From NCBI GenBank assembly GCA_041659685.1, contig JBAZXV010000002.1, positions 120,195-184,194 on the forward strand: a stretch of 64,000 nucleotides of DNA. Reading direction: 5' to 3'. Position numbers and translations under genes: made by a program. A model generated the notes under the pieces. The model searched no databases, was not told the DNA's origin, and worked only from the letters and a program-made list of their open reading frames with translations. The first letter of the stretch is position 1; the number at the start of each line of letters is the position of its first letter. This document shows positions 38,116-47,514 of the stretch, one piece after another. Source of the DNA: Parcubacteria group bacterium. GTDB lineage: Bacteria > Patescibacteriota > Minisyncoccia > Moranbacterales > UBA11712.

Positions 38116-38252
38116 TGATGATTATGAAGGAAAATATTAATTTGTCTCCCATAAAAGAAATGGAACTCCGGACGTCGAGGATTCTTGCTATTCCGGAAGT
38201 GCTTCAGAAATGGATGCCGGGCGGACAGAAAATAGTTAAACCAAAAAAGTAA
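38115..38252 (+). pseudogene. Chimeric gene remnant: aminotransferase 5'-end-like fused to a duplicate of the serS 3' end
   Basis: The 45-aa ORF MIMKENINLSPIKEMELRTSRILAIPEVLQKWMPGGQKIVKPKK has two recognisable parts. Its first part is about 85% identical at nucleotide level to the start of the aminotransferase gene at 40969 (MEDGKINLSPIKEMELRASRI). Its last roughly 65 nt duplicate serS 37327-37390 (IPEVLQKYMPGGQKAIKPKK*). Confidence 0.45.
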
Positions 38253-38341
38253 GTATTTTTTCTGATAACAAAAAGGTCCCAAGGATCAACCCCGGGATTT
38301 TTTTTGGTTGTGCTGTTGGATGTGATTTAAAGTCTTGTCGT

Positions 38342-38746
38342 TTACAGCAGGGCAAAAAGTTTCTTCAGGCTGTCATGCGAAGCCGTATATTTATCGCCAA
38401 GAAATTCATCTTTTGTCACCCATTTATACTCCGTGATATTTTCATCGGCGGGATTTTTTGTTATATCAATATCATAATTATTGGCGGTGCATAAGAACGT
38501 TGTGCAAACCACCTGGTCTCCGTCATGCCTGAAAAACCAGAAAAACCCAACAGGCTTGATAATCTCGACAGAAAGACCAATTTCTTCTCTGACTTCGCGT
38601 GCCAATGTGTCATATGGAGACTCGCCAAAATCAACTTTACCGCCCGGCAGATCCCAGACGGTTCTCCCCGCAAACTCCTGCTTAATCACAAGAAATCTTT
38701 CGCCTTGTTGTATTATGGCTTTAACCGCCGGATGTACGCGATTCAT
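38342..38746 (-). CDS. NUDIX hydrolase
   Basis: Nudix box GGKVDFGESPYDTLAREVREEIGL. 134 aa. Confidence 0.7.
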   Translation of the reverse strand: MNRVHPAVKAIIQQGERFLVIKQEFAGRTVWDLPGGKVDFGESPYDTLAREVREEIGLSVEIIKPVGFFWFFRHDGDQVVCTTFLCTANNYDIDITKNPADENITEYKWVTKDEFLGDKYTASHDSLKKLFALL

Positions 38747-38767
38747 ATTTTAGAAAAAAATTAAAAA

Positions 38768-39625
38768 TTATTGCCACCCGAGCCGTTGGTAAACATCGCT
38801 AATTGATTTATTGAAAGATCCCCGCTGTTCCAATGAAATTGTGGCTGTCATCGCCGCGAATTGTCCGCATTTTTCAAAGTCATCGAATAATTCCAATGAT
38901 CTGATAAACGCAGCCATATAGACATCGCCGGCGCCGGTCGGATCAGCAACTCGTTTCGGAGGATAGGCAGGGATCTCAATAATTCTATCCTTTGAGAAAA
39001 TACGGGAACCTTTGGAAGCGTTCGTTGCCGCAATCATAAAAGTTCCTTTTTCTTGGATTTTCTTAGCCGCTTCTTCCGCTGTGTCTTTTTGGGAGACAAA
39101 CTTGATTTCATTTTCATCCAGAAACAAATAGTCAATATATTGCGCGGCATTCATCAGATTTTCCGGATGTTTCTGAATAAATTTATTTCCAATTCCATAG
39201 GTGAACATCCCAAAATTTCCATGAACAATTTTTTTTCCAAGATTTTTCTTTATTGCGGTAAATAATTCCAAAGGGATGTTATCATGAAAGAGAGGCGAGA
39301 GGACAATATAATCAAAGGATTTCAGTTTGGACAATAACTCATCTGTTGGATGGATGATATTCGGGCTATAATCAATTTCGATTGATCGGCATACATCCGG
39401 ATTGTCGCTGGTGTATATCCTTTCGAATTCCAGTGTTTTTTGGACCGGAATATGTTCAACTGTAACGTCTGTTAAGTTCTTTCTGAACCATTTGTCGTCC
39501 CGGGAAGCATAAGTGACAAAAACCGTTGTCTCCGCTCCAAGACGGGCAAAAACATTTCCCGCATAATATGGAATACCCCCGACTTGAATCTCGGTATTCT
39601 TATCAACAGTGACGCGGTCTTTCAC
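38768..39625 (-). CDS. PfkB-family carbohydrate/nucleoside kinase (ribokinase-like)
   Basis: C-terminal DPTGAGDVYMAAF anion-hole/ATP motif. 285 aa. Confidence 0.75.
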   Translation of the reverse strand: MKDRVTVDKNTEIQVGGIPYYAGNVFARLGAETTVFVTYASRDDKWFRKNLTDVTVEHIPVQKTLEFERIYTSDNPDVCRSIEIDYSPNIIHPTDELLSKLKSFDYIVLSPLFHDNIPLELFTAIKKNLGKKIVHGNFGMFTYGIGNKFIQKHPENLMNAAQYIDYLFLDENEIKFVSQKDTAEEAAKKIQEKGTFMIAATNASKGSRIFSKDRIIEIPAYPPKRVADPTGAGDVYMAAFIRSLELFDDFEKCGQFAAMTATISLEQRGSFNKSISDVYQRLGWQ

Positions 39626-39664
39626 GATTGGACCAAGAATGGCGACTTTCGTAGCAATTGATAA

Positions 39665-40813
39665 TTACGAATTATTCCCCCGGTTTTTTTTATTGGCTAT
39701 TTGTTGGGCGCCCGGTGCGGCAGGGAAGCTTATCTCTTTGGGATCATTGGGTTGATCCGGAAGACATGATATGAAATGTTTTCTTCCGTTTTCATCTTTC
39801 AATATTCTGAATCCGATAATCTTTCCTTTTTCCGCGCCGATTCTGTTAAATTCTTTATTCAGGAAATAAATCAGCTGGTTCTCGTGGCTGAAACCCAAAA
39901 CGCGGATTCTTTTATGCCGGGGATGGTCGGCTTCGTAGGCGTCTATTGCATCATCATATCTTTCCATGAGATAAAGAGTATTGCGAAAATTTTTCTCGTA
40001 CATATCCTTCACGGACGCAAAATGCGGAATAATATTACTGTCCGAACTCTGCCGGGCCTTATGTTCGTCAAACAATCTTTGCAATTGTTCAGAATATTCC
40101 AGGAAATTGGCGCCCCAACTGCCTTTATTATCCGCCTCGATTATTTTTCGAGCTTCAGCCCATAATTCCTTGTATCCATCCGGTATTTTTTCGAGATATT
40201 TTTTCTGGACTTTATTCATGTAATTATCCTGATGGAAAATGAATTCAACAAACATTTGTTTGATGTTATCAAGCGACAACGGTCCGAGTGTGCGGATCTC
40301 GTTTCCGCCTTGCCTTTCGAACAATTCTTTTGTCACCTGGCCGCGGCTTTGATGAAATTCCTTTTTTGCTTGATTCAATTTTTCGAATTCCTCCTGACTG
40401 AGAAAATTGACGTTGCCGTGATCATCGCCGGCAATAATTTTAACAGTAAATCCTTTTTCTTTCGCGACTTCGAGATAAATCGCCGCTGTTTGTCTCGAAC
40501 GGGTCAGAGCGGATGACGCAATTGCTATTTCATCGGTGTTTGGATTGAAATGATTAAAAAATTCATTAGCCATTTCGTATGCGTGCTCCCTTCCTTTTAC
40601 CGATAAATCTTCCGGCGGTTGGGCTAGTTTTTCGAATAATTGCAAAGGCTCCGAACTTCTCGGAATCATCTCATTTTGCGAATAGATGGCGTCATCGTGC
40701 CGTCCTATGCCGTATCGTAATTTGGCGTACGAAGCTTCTTCTCTTATTCGTTCCGGAGTGATGGTTTTGAGTTCATTTTCTCCGGAAACATGTTTATCAT
40801 TAAATCTTTCCAT
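39665..40813 (-). CDS. Hypothetical protein (382 aa)
   Basis: Long ORF with no overlapping alternative and coding-like composition. No family confidently recognised. A GRHDDAIY segment could be a degenerate histidine-phosphatase RHG motif, but this is weak. Confidence 0.45.
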   Translation of the reverse strand: MERFNDKHVSGENELKTITPERIREEASYAKLRYGIGRHDDAIYSQNEMIPRSSEPLQLFEKLAQPPEDLSVKGREHAYEMANEFFNHFNPNTDEIAIASSALTRSRQTAAIYLEVAKEKGFTVKIIAGDDHGNVNFLSQEEFEKLNQAKKEFHQSRGQVTKELFERQGGNEIRTLGPLSLDNIKQMFVEFIFHQDNYMNKVQKKYLEKIPDGYKELWAEARKIIEADNKGSWGANFLEYSEQLQRLFDEHKARQSSDSNIIPHFASVKDMYEKNFRNTLYLMERYDDAIDAYEADHPRHKRIRVLGFSHENQLIYFLNKEFNRIGAEKGKIIGFRILKDENGRKHFISCLPDQPNDPKEISFPAAPGAQQIANKKNRGNNS

Positions 40814-40968
40814 AATATTTGATATAAATTAAAAGCTATACAGTATAAACAATCTTTATTTCAATAATTGACTCATTGGTGGAAAACCGCTAAAATTCCT
40901 TTGTATTTAACTTGTATTGATTATAACAGCCCTTCTTAACCACTGGCAAATCAGCCTTAAATCATGAT

Positions 40969-42180
40969 ATGGAAGACGGAAAAATAAATCTATCCCCCAT
41001 AAAGGAAATGGAGCTCCGGGCGTCGAGGATTTCCGGAGTTATTTCGCTGGCTCAAGGCGTGCCGTCTTTTGACACTCCGGAACCGATAAAGAGGGCGGCC
41101 ATCGAAGCTATTGAGAAGGGGAAGGTGGCCAGATATTCTCTCGCTCCCGGGACGCTTGAGTTTCGGGAATCAATTGCCCAGAGCCTGGAACGGGAAAATA
41201 AATATTTCGACTTTGAAGACGAGATTATCGCCACTGCCGGATCAATCGAAGCCATAACGGCGACAATGCTGGCGATCCTCACGCCGGGGGATGAAGTGCT
41301 TATCCCGGATCCGACCTATACGTCATACCAGCCCGCTATAAAAGTGGCGCGCGGGGTTCCTGTTTTCGTTCCGCTCGACGAAAAAAGGCACTGGGCGTTT
41401 GATATTGATAAATTTGAGAAACTTATTACTCCCCGCACAAAAGCCTTTCTTTTTTGCAATCCAAATAATCCGACCGGAACGATATTCAGCCGAAACCAGC
41501 TTCATGCGCTGGCGCAAATCGCCATTAAACACAACATATACATCCTCAGCGACGAAGTGTACAAGGATTTTGTTTTTGACTCGGAAGAGAGGCTTTACTC
41601 GCTTGCGGAGCTTCGCGGCATCCGCGACCGGCTTATCTATATCTTTTCTTTTTCTAAGGCTTATGCCATGACGGGGTGGAGAATCGCATATCTTGCGACT
41701 CATCAGGATCTGGCGAGAAAAATTCTGGCAGTTCATGACGCTCTTGTCACCTGCGCGCCGGTAGTTTCTCAATTTGCCGCCATGGGGGCGCTTGAAATGG
41801 CCAGAGAAGATGTTTCTTATTTTAAGGAATATTTTAAAAAAAGGAGGGATTTAACGTGCAAAAGGCTTGATAAATTGAGTCATGTTTTCGAATATCAAAA
41901 ACCAGACAGCGCCTATTTCGTTTTTCCGAAAATAAAGGATGATTTTCTTAAAAAATTTGCATCCGGCATGCCTGTGGCGAATCGCAAAGAAACCAGGGAA
42001 AGCGGCGGCTCGTGGCAGCTTGCCATAGAATTGCTGGAAAAGGCCAAGGTTGCCGTCGTTCCGGGGGCGGCATTCGGTCCAAGCGGAGAAAATCACATTC
42101 GAATGTGCTTTGGGAGATCGGAAGAAGACATAAATTTGGCCTTTGACAGGATGGAAAATTTTTTCGACAGTCCGGCCTAA
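40969..42180 (+). CDS. Class I/II PLP-dependent aminotransferase (aspartate aminotransferase-like)
   Basis: PLP-lysine motif SFSKAYAMTGWRIAY and an N-terminal GVISLAQGVPSFDTP segment. 403 aa. Confidence 0.85.
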   Translation: MEDGKINLSPIKEMELRASRISGVISLAQGVPSFDTPEPIKRAAIEAIEKGKVARYSLAPGTLEFRESIAQSLERENKYFDFEDEIIATAGSIEAITATMLAILTPGDEVLIPDPTYTSYQPAIKVARGVPVFVPLDEKRHWAFDIDKFEKLITPRTKAFLFCNPNNPTGTIFSRNQLHALAQIAIKHNIYILSDEVYKDFVFDSEERLYSLAELRGIRDRLIYIFSFSKAYAMTGWRIAYLATHQDLARKILAVHDALVTCAPVVSQFAAMGALEMAREDVSYFKEYFKKRRDLTCKRLDKLSHVFEYQKPDSAYFVFPKIKDDFLKKFASGMPVANRKETRESGGSWQLAIELLEKAKVAVVPGAAFGPSGENHIRMCFGRSEEDINLAFDRMENFFDSPA

Positions 42181-42226
42181 GGCTTGGTTTCAGGCCGAGG
42201 CCGGCAAATAATATATTTATTTTTAG

Positions 42227-42979
42227 GTGAGAATTATGAAAAAAATTTTTAAGCCAGTTGTCCAATTTTATCTCAAGATTTTCACCAAAATTATTCTCCG
42301 GCGGCACAGGCCTTTTGTTATTTCTGTGGCGGGAACCACAAATAAAACCACAGTCAAGGAATACATCCTTAAGTTTCTCCGGGAAAAGTACGGTGAAAGC
42401 GAAGTCCGGGGAAACCCGAAATCTTATAATACGGAGATTGGTTTGCCCCTGGCTATCCTGTATCTCGAATCAGGAGATTCATCTTCTTTGAAATGGCTTA
42501 AAATCCTCATTCAAGCCAAAATAATGGCTCTCTTCGGGCGAAAATTTCCCTCCAAGCTTGTTTTAGAGCTGGGAGTGGAAGAAAAAGGAGACATGAAAGA
42601 ACTGCTTGAGATAGTGAAGCCGAATGTGGCGATTATCACTAATATAGAAGGAAGCTACACGTATTCAAATTCCAGCCTGGAAGTAATCAAGGACGAGCTG
42701 AAGCAGCTTATTTTGAAAATACCCGCGGATGGTTATGTCCTATTGAACAGCGACGATGAAAGAGTGAAAGAACTTAAGGATTTTGCCAGGGGAAAAGTCA
42801 TTACATACGGATTCCAGGAAGGATCAGACGCGTGGGCCACGGAACAAAAAACTGATGTCGAAGGACAAACTTTCAGCTTCGATTTTCAGGGAAAAAGCGA
42901 GCCAGTCCGCATCAGAAAATACGGCCGTCAGAATATTTACGCCTGGATGGCGGCTAAGGTAGTAAAAAGCATTTTATGA
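42227..42979 (+). CDS. Mur ligase family protein, MurF-like central domain only (truncated)
   Basis: P-loop ISVAGTTNKTT followed by NTEIGLPLAIL, which matches the MurF NxxIGxPLT motif. It is only 250 aa, lacking the N- and C-terminal Mur ligase domains. It lies directly upstream of ftsQ, as in dcw clusters. Confidence 0.55.
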   Translation: MRIMKKIFKPVVQFYLKIFTKIILRRHRPFVISVAGTTNKTTVKEYILKFLREKYGESEVRGNPKSYNTEIGLPLAILYLESGDSSSLKWLKILIQAKIMALFGRKFPSKLVLELGVEEKGDMKELLEIVKPNVAIITNIEGSYTYSNSSLEVIKDELKQLILKIPADGYVLLNSDDERVKELKDFARGKVITYGFQEGSDAWATEQKTDVEGQTFSFDFQGKSEPVRIRKYGRQNIYAWMAAKVVKSIL

Positions 42980-43038
42980 CGGACATCCCGGCTTCAAACA
43001 ATGTCAATTCTTAAGGATTAGTATTCTTTAGTCCATTT

Positions 43039-43914
43039 ATGCCCTTCTTTCAAAAAAAAGAAAAGAATAAAACCTGGAGAAGAAAAGCCCCCCGGATGTA
43101 TTCCGGAGTTCCCCGCAAGGAAAAGAAAAAAGAAAAAAAAGGGTTTTCGCGCTTTCTTTTTTGGTTTCTGTCGCTGGTATTTTTTGGGGTATGTATTTAT
43201 CTCCTGGTCTTTTCTTCTCTGCTTGAGATAGAGACAGTCTCGGTTGAAGGCAATCAGAGCGTTCCGTCTGAAGAAATAATCGACCGGGTGAATGAATCAA
43301 TAGGCGGGAATTACTATAAATTATTTCCCAAAAATAATTTTTTCCTGGTCAATAGCAGGGAAATTGACGGCGCTTTGAGAAATAATTTCTATCGTCTGGA
43401 AGTGGCGGGAATCGAAAAGAAATTTCCTAAAGCCATTCTTGTTAAAGTTAAGGAGCGCCAACCGGAAATGGTTTGGTGCAGCGGGGGAGTTTGCTATCTT
43501 ATCGATAAAGAGGGGCTTGCCTATACGGGAACCAATGGGGCTGACGATGAAATGAAGAACAGAAATTTCCTGACGGTGATTGACGACAACTCCAGATCTG
43601 TTGACATCGGAAAAACAACCATAGGGAAGGATTTTATTGAATATCTCAAACAAACGGATGCTGTGCTGACCGACGATCTGAAGCTTGAAATAGAAGACAC
43701 TTATCATACTCCGGCATTAGCCTCTCAGGAAATATTCGTGAAAATAAAGGAAGGGGACGGATGGATACTGAAGCTTTCAAGCGGCGTGGCGCCGGATGAG
43801 ACCAAAAAAATTATCCAGACTATCTTCGACAAAGATTTGAATCCGGAAAAGAGAAAAAATCTCGACTATTTGGATTTGAGAGTCAAAGGAAAAGCGTATT
43901 ATAAATTGAAATAA
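43039..43914 (+). CDS. ftsQ: Cell division protein FtsQ/DivIB (POTRA domain)
   Basis: Basic N-terminus, a single TM (LFWFLSLVFFGVCIYLLVF), a POTRA-like segment (IETVSVEGNQSVPSEEII...FFLVNSREI...LEVAGIEKKFPKAILVKVKER), and a beta-domain. Confidence 0.65.
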   Translation: MPFFQKKEKNKTWRRKAPRMYSGVPRKEKKKEKKGFSRFLFWFLSLVFFGVCIYLLVFSSLLEIETVSVEGNQSVPSEEIIDRVNESIGGNYYKLFPKNNFFLVNSREIDGALRNNFYRLEVAGIEKKFPKAILVKVKERQPEMVWCSGGVCYLIDKEGLAYTGTNGADDEMKNRNFLTVIDDNSRSVDIGKTTIGKDFIEYLKQTDAVLTDDLKLEIEDTYHTPALASQEIFVKIKEGDGWILKLSSGVAPDETKKIIQTIFDKDLNPEKRKNLDYLDLRVKGKAYYKLK

Positions 43915-43944
43915 ATACGCATAGCGGACAAAAGAATATTGGTG

Positions 43945-43965
43945 TCCCGCCTTGGCGGGATTTTT
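43945..43965 (+). terminator. Intrinsic terminator after ftsQ
   Basis: CCCGCC-TT-GGCGGG hairpin followed by ATTTTT. It sits between convergent genes. Confidence 0.45.
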
Positions 43966-44008
43966 CATGCGGGAACCATATTTGCAACGAGTTCCTTTTT
44001 TTTGCACT

Positions 44009-45808
44009 CTATTTATCTTTGATATTATAGATCAGGATAGACCCTCCAATATTGGCGTCAGGCTCTCTTTCCCGAAGCCACTGATAATCCGGTTTTCCCT
44101 CGGTGATTTTGTCGTAAAGGGAATTTTCCAAAAAGGTGGCGGAGATCGCATACCAACCCGGCTCCTGGCCCATATGAGCATGCCAGATGATGGCTTTGTC
44201 TCCGAGATAATGTCCGACATCGCCGCCTCCGAAATAGTCTATGCGGATTTTATCGATGTTGTTCTCTTCGACAAATTTTTGAAGGCGTTTCAAATCTTGT
44301 CCCCAATCGACATTCGAATCGGTTACATATTTGTACCCATTCTTCGAACCGCCGACAGTCTCGTTGAAATAGGCAAGGTAGCCGGGGTAAGCGGCCGCAG
44401 TCTCCGCAAGGAGCCAAAAAAGCATGAGAAAAACAAATCCCCAATAAATTTTTTTCCCGGATTTACTGATTTTCTCTGAGAAAAGGGTCACTTCTTTTGC
44501 GATCAAAACATACATGAACGGCAAGATGGGGAAAAGGTGGCGAAAGCCGATGTTGAGGTTGCCGGTTATGCTGACGTAGGCATAAAGGGCGATGAAGGCC
44601 AGCATGGAAAATTCGGCAATATGCCCGTCAAGATAATTTTTCATGTTCGTCCATATTTTTTTCGGAAAAGCCGTAAGATTGCGATTTAAGGCGGTATAAA
44701 TCCCGAAAGCGGATGCAAAAAGAAGAAGGATTAACGCCGGAAGCGATTCCTTTATCAAAAATACCATTGGAAAATACGACCGAAAGCTTTGATTGGTCAC
44801 TTGTCCGAAAAAATAAGTTGTGTTTCCTCCCTCGACTCTTCCAAAGACCATGAAAAGACCGATCAGATATTGGCTGTAAGGCCTGAGTATCGGATTATCC
44901 GCCATCATATGAAGATAGGGAGTTATTATTTGCTGGGTGCCTCCGTAAAGCTGGGTGTCAATCAGATTATGAATTTTTGATACCGGCATATCGAAAATAT
45001 TGATCTCGTATACGATCCCAACCAAAATCCCGGCAATAACAAGAACCATGATGAAGGATGCCGCGTAAAGATAAAATTTTTGGAGCCAGAATTTTTTTAT
45101 TTTTTCGGATCCCAAGAGGGAAAATTTGACGCGCTCTTTTCGCGCGAAAATATAAACAAGAAGAGTGAGGCCGAAAATGGGAAGAATAAGGACGGCCGAA
45201 AATTTAGCCAATTGAGCCAGCCCGAAAAATATGCCTGCAAGAAAGATGGTTTTCCAGCCGGGGTTTTTCAAATACTTTATGAAAAAATAAAATGCAAAGA
45301 AAACAAAAGCGGCAATCCCAAGATCAGTCGTAACATAATGATCATGGCCGAGAATATTGGGATCAAAAGCATAAAGGGCGAGAGCAATCAAGCCGGCTTT
45401 TACCCCGAAAAGTTCTTTTGTCCAGCGGAAAACAAGCCAGCCCAGGAGCAAGGAAAGAATAATGATGGGGAAGCGGGACCAGAAAAGGATGGCCTCGGTA
45501 TTGTTGCCGGGGAGGTATATAAATCTCCATCCCGCGTTCCACTGGCCGTTTGGTTCGGTTGTCCAGTAACTTTCATCGGTAGGAAAAGTAACTTTGAGAA
45601 ATTGGAGGGGGATTCCCGCTAAATCCTTAAGGATGGGAGGATGCTCGGGATTGAGCCGGTAATCATGAAATTTGACATAACTGTATCCGGAGGGGATATG
45701 GGCCACTTCGTCCATTATGGCGGCGTCTCCCAGTGATGTGCCGATGGAAATAGCTAGCATTACAAGCAAAATTGCGGCAACGATGTGCTTCTGATATTTT
45801 TCGAGCAT
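44009..45808 (-). CDS. GT39/PMT_2-family membrane glycosyltransferase (ArnT/PMT-like)
   Basis: 599 aa with more than 10 TM helices. The N-terminal loop carries a DE motif (AIMDEVAHIPSGYSY) and there is a large C-terminal extracytoplasmic domain. Confidence 0.7.
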   Translation of the reverse strand: MLEKYQKHIVAAILLVMLAISIGTSLGDAAIMDEVAHIPSGYSYVKFHDYRLNPEHPPILKDLAGIPLQFLKVTFPTDESYWTTEPNGQWNAGWRFIYLPGNNTEAILFWSRFPIIILSLLLGWLVFRWTKELFGVKAGLIALALYAFDPNILGHDHYVTTDLGIAAFVFFAFYFFIKYLKNPGWKTIFLAGIFFGLAQLAKFSAVLILPIFGLTLLVYIFARKERVKFSLLGSEKIKKFWLQKFYLYAASFIMVLVIAGILVGIVYEINIFDMPVSKIHNLIDTQLYGGTQQIITPYLHMMADNPILRPYSQYLIGLFMVFGRVEGGNTTYFFGQVTNQSFRSYFPMVFLIKESLPALILLLFASAFGIYTALNRNLTAFPKKIWTNMKNYLDGHIAEFSMLAFIALYAYVSITGNLNIGFRHLFPILPFMYVLIAKEVTLFSEKISKSGKKIYWGFVFLMLFWLLAETAAAYPGYLAYFNETVGGSKNGYKYVTDSNVDWGQDLKRLQKFVEENNIDKIRIDYFGGGDVGHYLGDKAIIWHAHMGQEPGWYAISATFLENSLYDKITEGKPDYQWLREREPDANIGGSILIYNIKDK

Positions 45809-45813
45809 ATATA

Positions 45814-47514
45814 TTAATTAATGTTTATAACAAAAGAATCAGTTCTGTTTCCAGGCTGGGGGTCGAGCTTTTGGACGGTTGCTCCCGGATAAATCGATTT
45901 TATTTTTGCAATCACTTCTCCATCATAGTACATCAAAACCATCTTAGCCGGCGATTTTATGGCGGACGGATCAAAATCGCGATGAAGATATGACACTCCG
46001 GGCGTTCGATAATGTGTCAGAAGTTTTACGACCTCGGCTGACACCGGAAGGCCGTCATCCATAATCTGCCCGCCGGCATTGGCGACGACATATTTATGGA
46101 CACTACCGGGAAGGTTGTTGATATAGAGCGCCATATTTTTGAAGTTTTGGGAAAAAGCAGGGTGGATTTCAAGGCTTTGTCCCCAGTCGACGAAATATCT
46201 TCTGGTTGAAACGCAGCCGCTATAGAGGACCACGGAAACAAGGATCAGATAAGCGGGAATTTTAACGTATTTATTTTTAACTTTCAGAATCTGGCGATAA
46301 AAAATTTCAATCCCGTAGGCGGCAATAAGAAGCGCTGCCGGGAGCGATCCGATTGTCCTGATCGCGTGCGGAATCCCTTCATAAGCGAGCAGTCCCGGAA
46401 GAAGCATGATTAAAAGCCAGGAAAGGAGCAGGGCTGAAATAATGAGATTATCGCTGCGCTTTTTGTTTCGAAATCTCCGGTAAGTCCAGTATAATATCTG
46501 AATAAAAAGAAGGGCGGCTCCGAAAAGAAAGAAAAGGCCGATAAAAAACGGCAGTTCCGGCTGGCTGGGAAGATTGTGCCTCCAATTTTGGTCTCCGTGG
46601 AAATTAAACATTCCCAAAGTAAGCGCCGTGCTTGTTTTCAAGGCCTTCCAGAGATGTCCCTGGTTAACTTTTGGGCTGAAAACTGAAACAGCCTCCGATC
46701 GGGTTTCGAAGTATTCCGGGTGGGAATAAAAAGTGAGGAGAATTGGAAGGGCGATAATGAAAATTGTGAGGAGATAAACCAGTATTTCTTTCCAATGCTC
46801 CCTGAAAAAATTTTTTCGGGCAAGGAGAAAGGCAATAAAGAGCGCGACCAGAATTGCCGGCGCTATCCGAAATGCAATGTAGGTGTGGACGCCGAGGCCG
46901 AAAAAAGCTCCGGCGAGAATATAATCGCGCATTTTTCGAGTCCTCAGTCCCTTGAAGAGAAAATAGAAAGAAAAAACCATCACGAAAGGGAGCATATTGG
47001 CCCGAAAAGCAATACGATTGAAATTAATCGCCCAAAAAGTCGTGGCGTACAGGAATCCGGCAACCAGACCGGCGTGCCAGGACTTAAAAAGTTCCCGGGC
47101 AAGGAGAATCATCCCGAGAACCGTGAGGGTGCCAAAAAAAACCGACCACATTTTGAGAGTGATAACGCTCGCACCAAAAAAAACAAAACCGGAAGCAATT
47201 AGATTTATATAAAGGCCTTCCCGGCCGTAATTATTCGGATAAAAAAGCTTGAAATTTCCGGTTTCGATGGCGTTAATGGCGTCGGTTCCATTAACAGCTT
47301 CGTCGGGATATATTCCGGGGGGAAGCGAAGAAAGGTGGTATGTCCGGATAAAAAGCGCGCCGAGAACGATTACGGCGCCGGCTAGGAGATATAGATATTT
47401 GGTTTTTTTTGACAGGAAGTGTTCTTTTATAAGTTCTTTCTTTTCAAAAACAACACTCCTCAAATTTTCCTGTTGAGGCTCGGTTTTATTTCTCATTTTA
47501 TCGAACTTATGCAA
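45814..47514 (-). CDS. GT39/ArnT-like membrane glycosyltransferase (second tandem copy)
   Basis: 566 aa, polytopic. The N-terminal loop has PGIYPDEAVNGTDAINAIETGN, an ArnT/PMT-type DE motif. Confidence 0.7.
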   Translation of the reverse strand: MHKFDKMRNKTEPQQENLRSVVFEKKELIKEHFLSKKTKYLYLLAGAVIVLGALFIRTYHLSSLPPGIYPDEAVNGTDAINAIETGNFKLFYPNNYGREGLYINLIASGFVFFGASVITLKMWSVFFGTLTVLGMILLARELFKSWHAGLVAGFLYATTFWAINFNRIAFRANMLPFVMVFSFYFLFKGLRTRKMRDYILAGAFFGLGVHTYIAFRIAPAILVALFIAFLLARKNFFREHWKEILVYLLTIFIIALPILLTFYSHPEYFETRSEAVSVFSPKVNQGHLWKALKTSTALTLGMFNFHGDQNWRHNLPSQPELPFFIGLFFLFGAALLFIQILYWTYRRFRNKKRSDNLIISALLLSWLLIMLLPGLLAYEGIPHAIRTIGSLPAALLIAAYGIEIFYRQILKVKNKYVKIPAYLILVSVVLYSGCVSTRRYFVDWGQSLEIHPAFSQNFKNMALYINNLPGSVHKYVVANAGGQIMDDGLPVSAEVVKLLTHYRTPGVSYLHRDFDPSAIKSPAKMVLMYYDGEVIAKIKSIYPGATVQKLDPQPGNRTDSFVININ

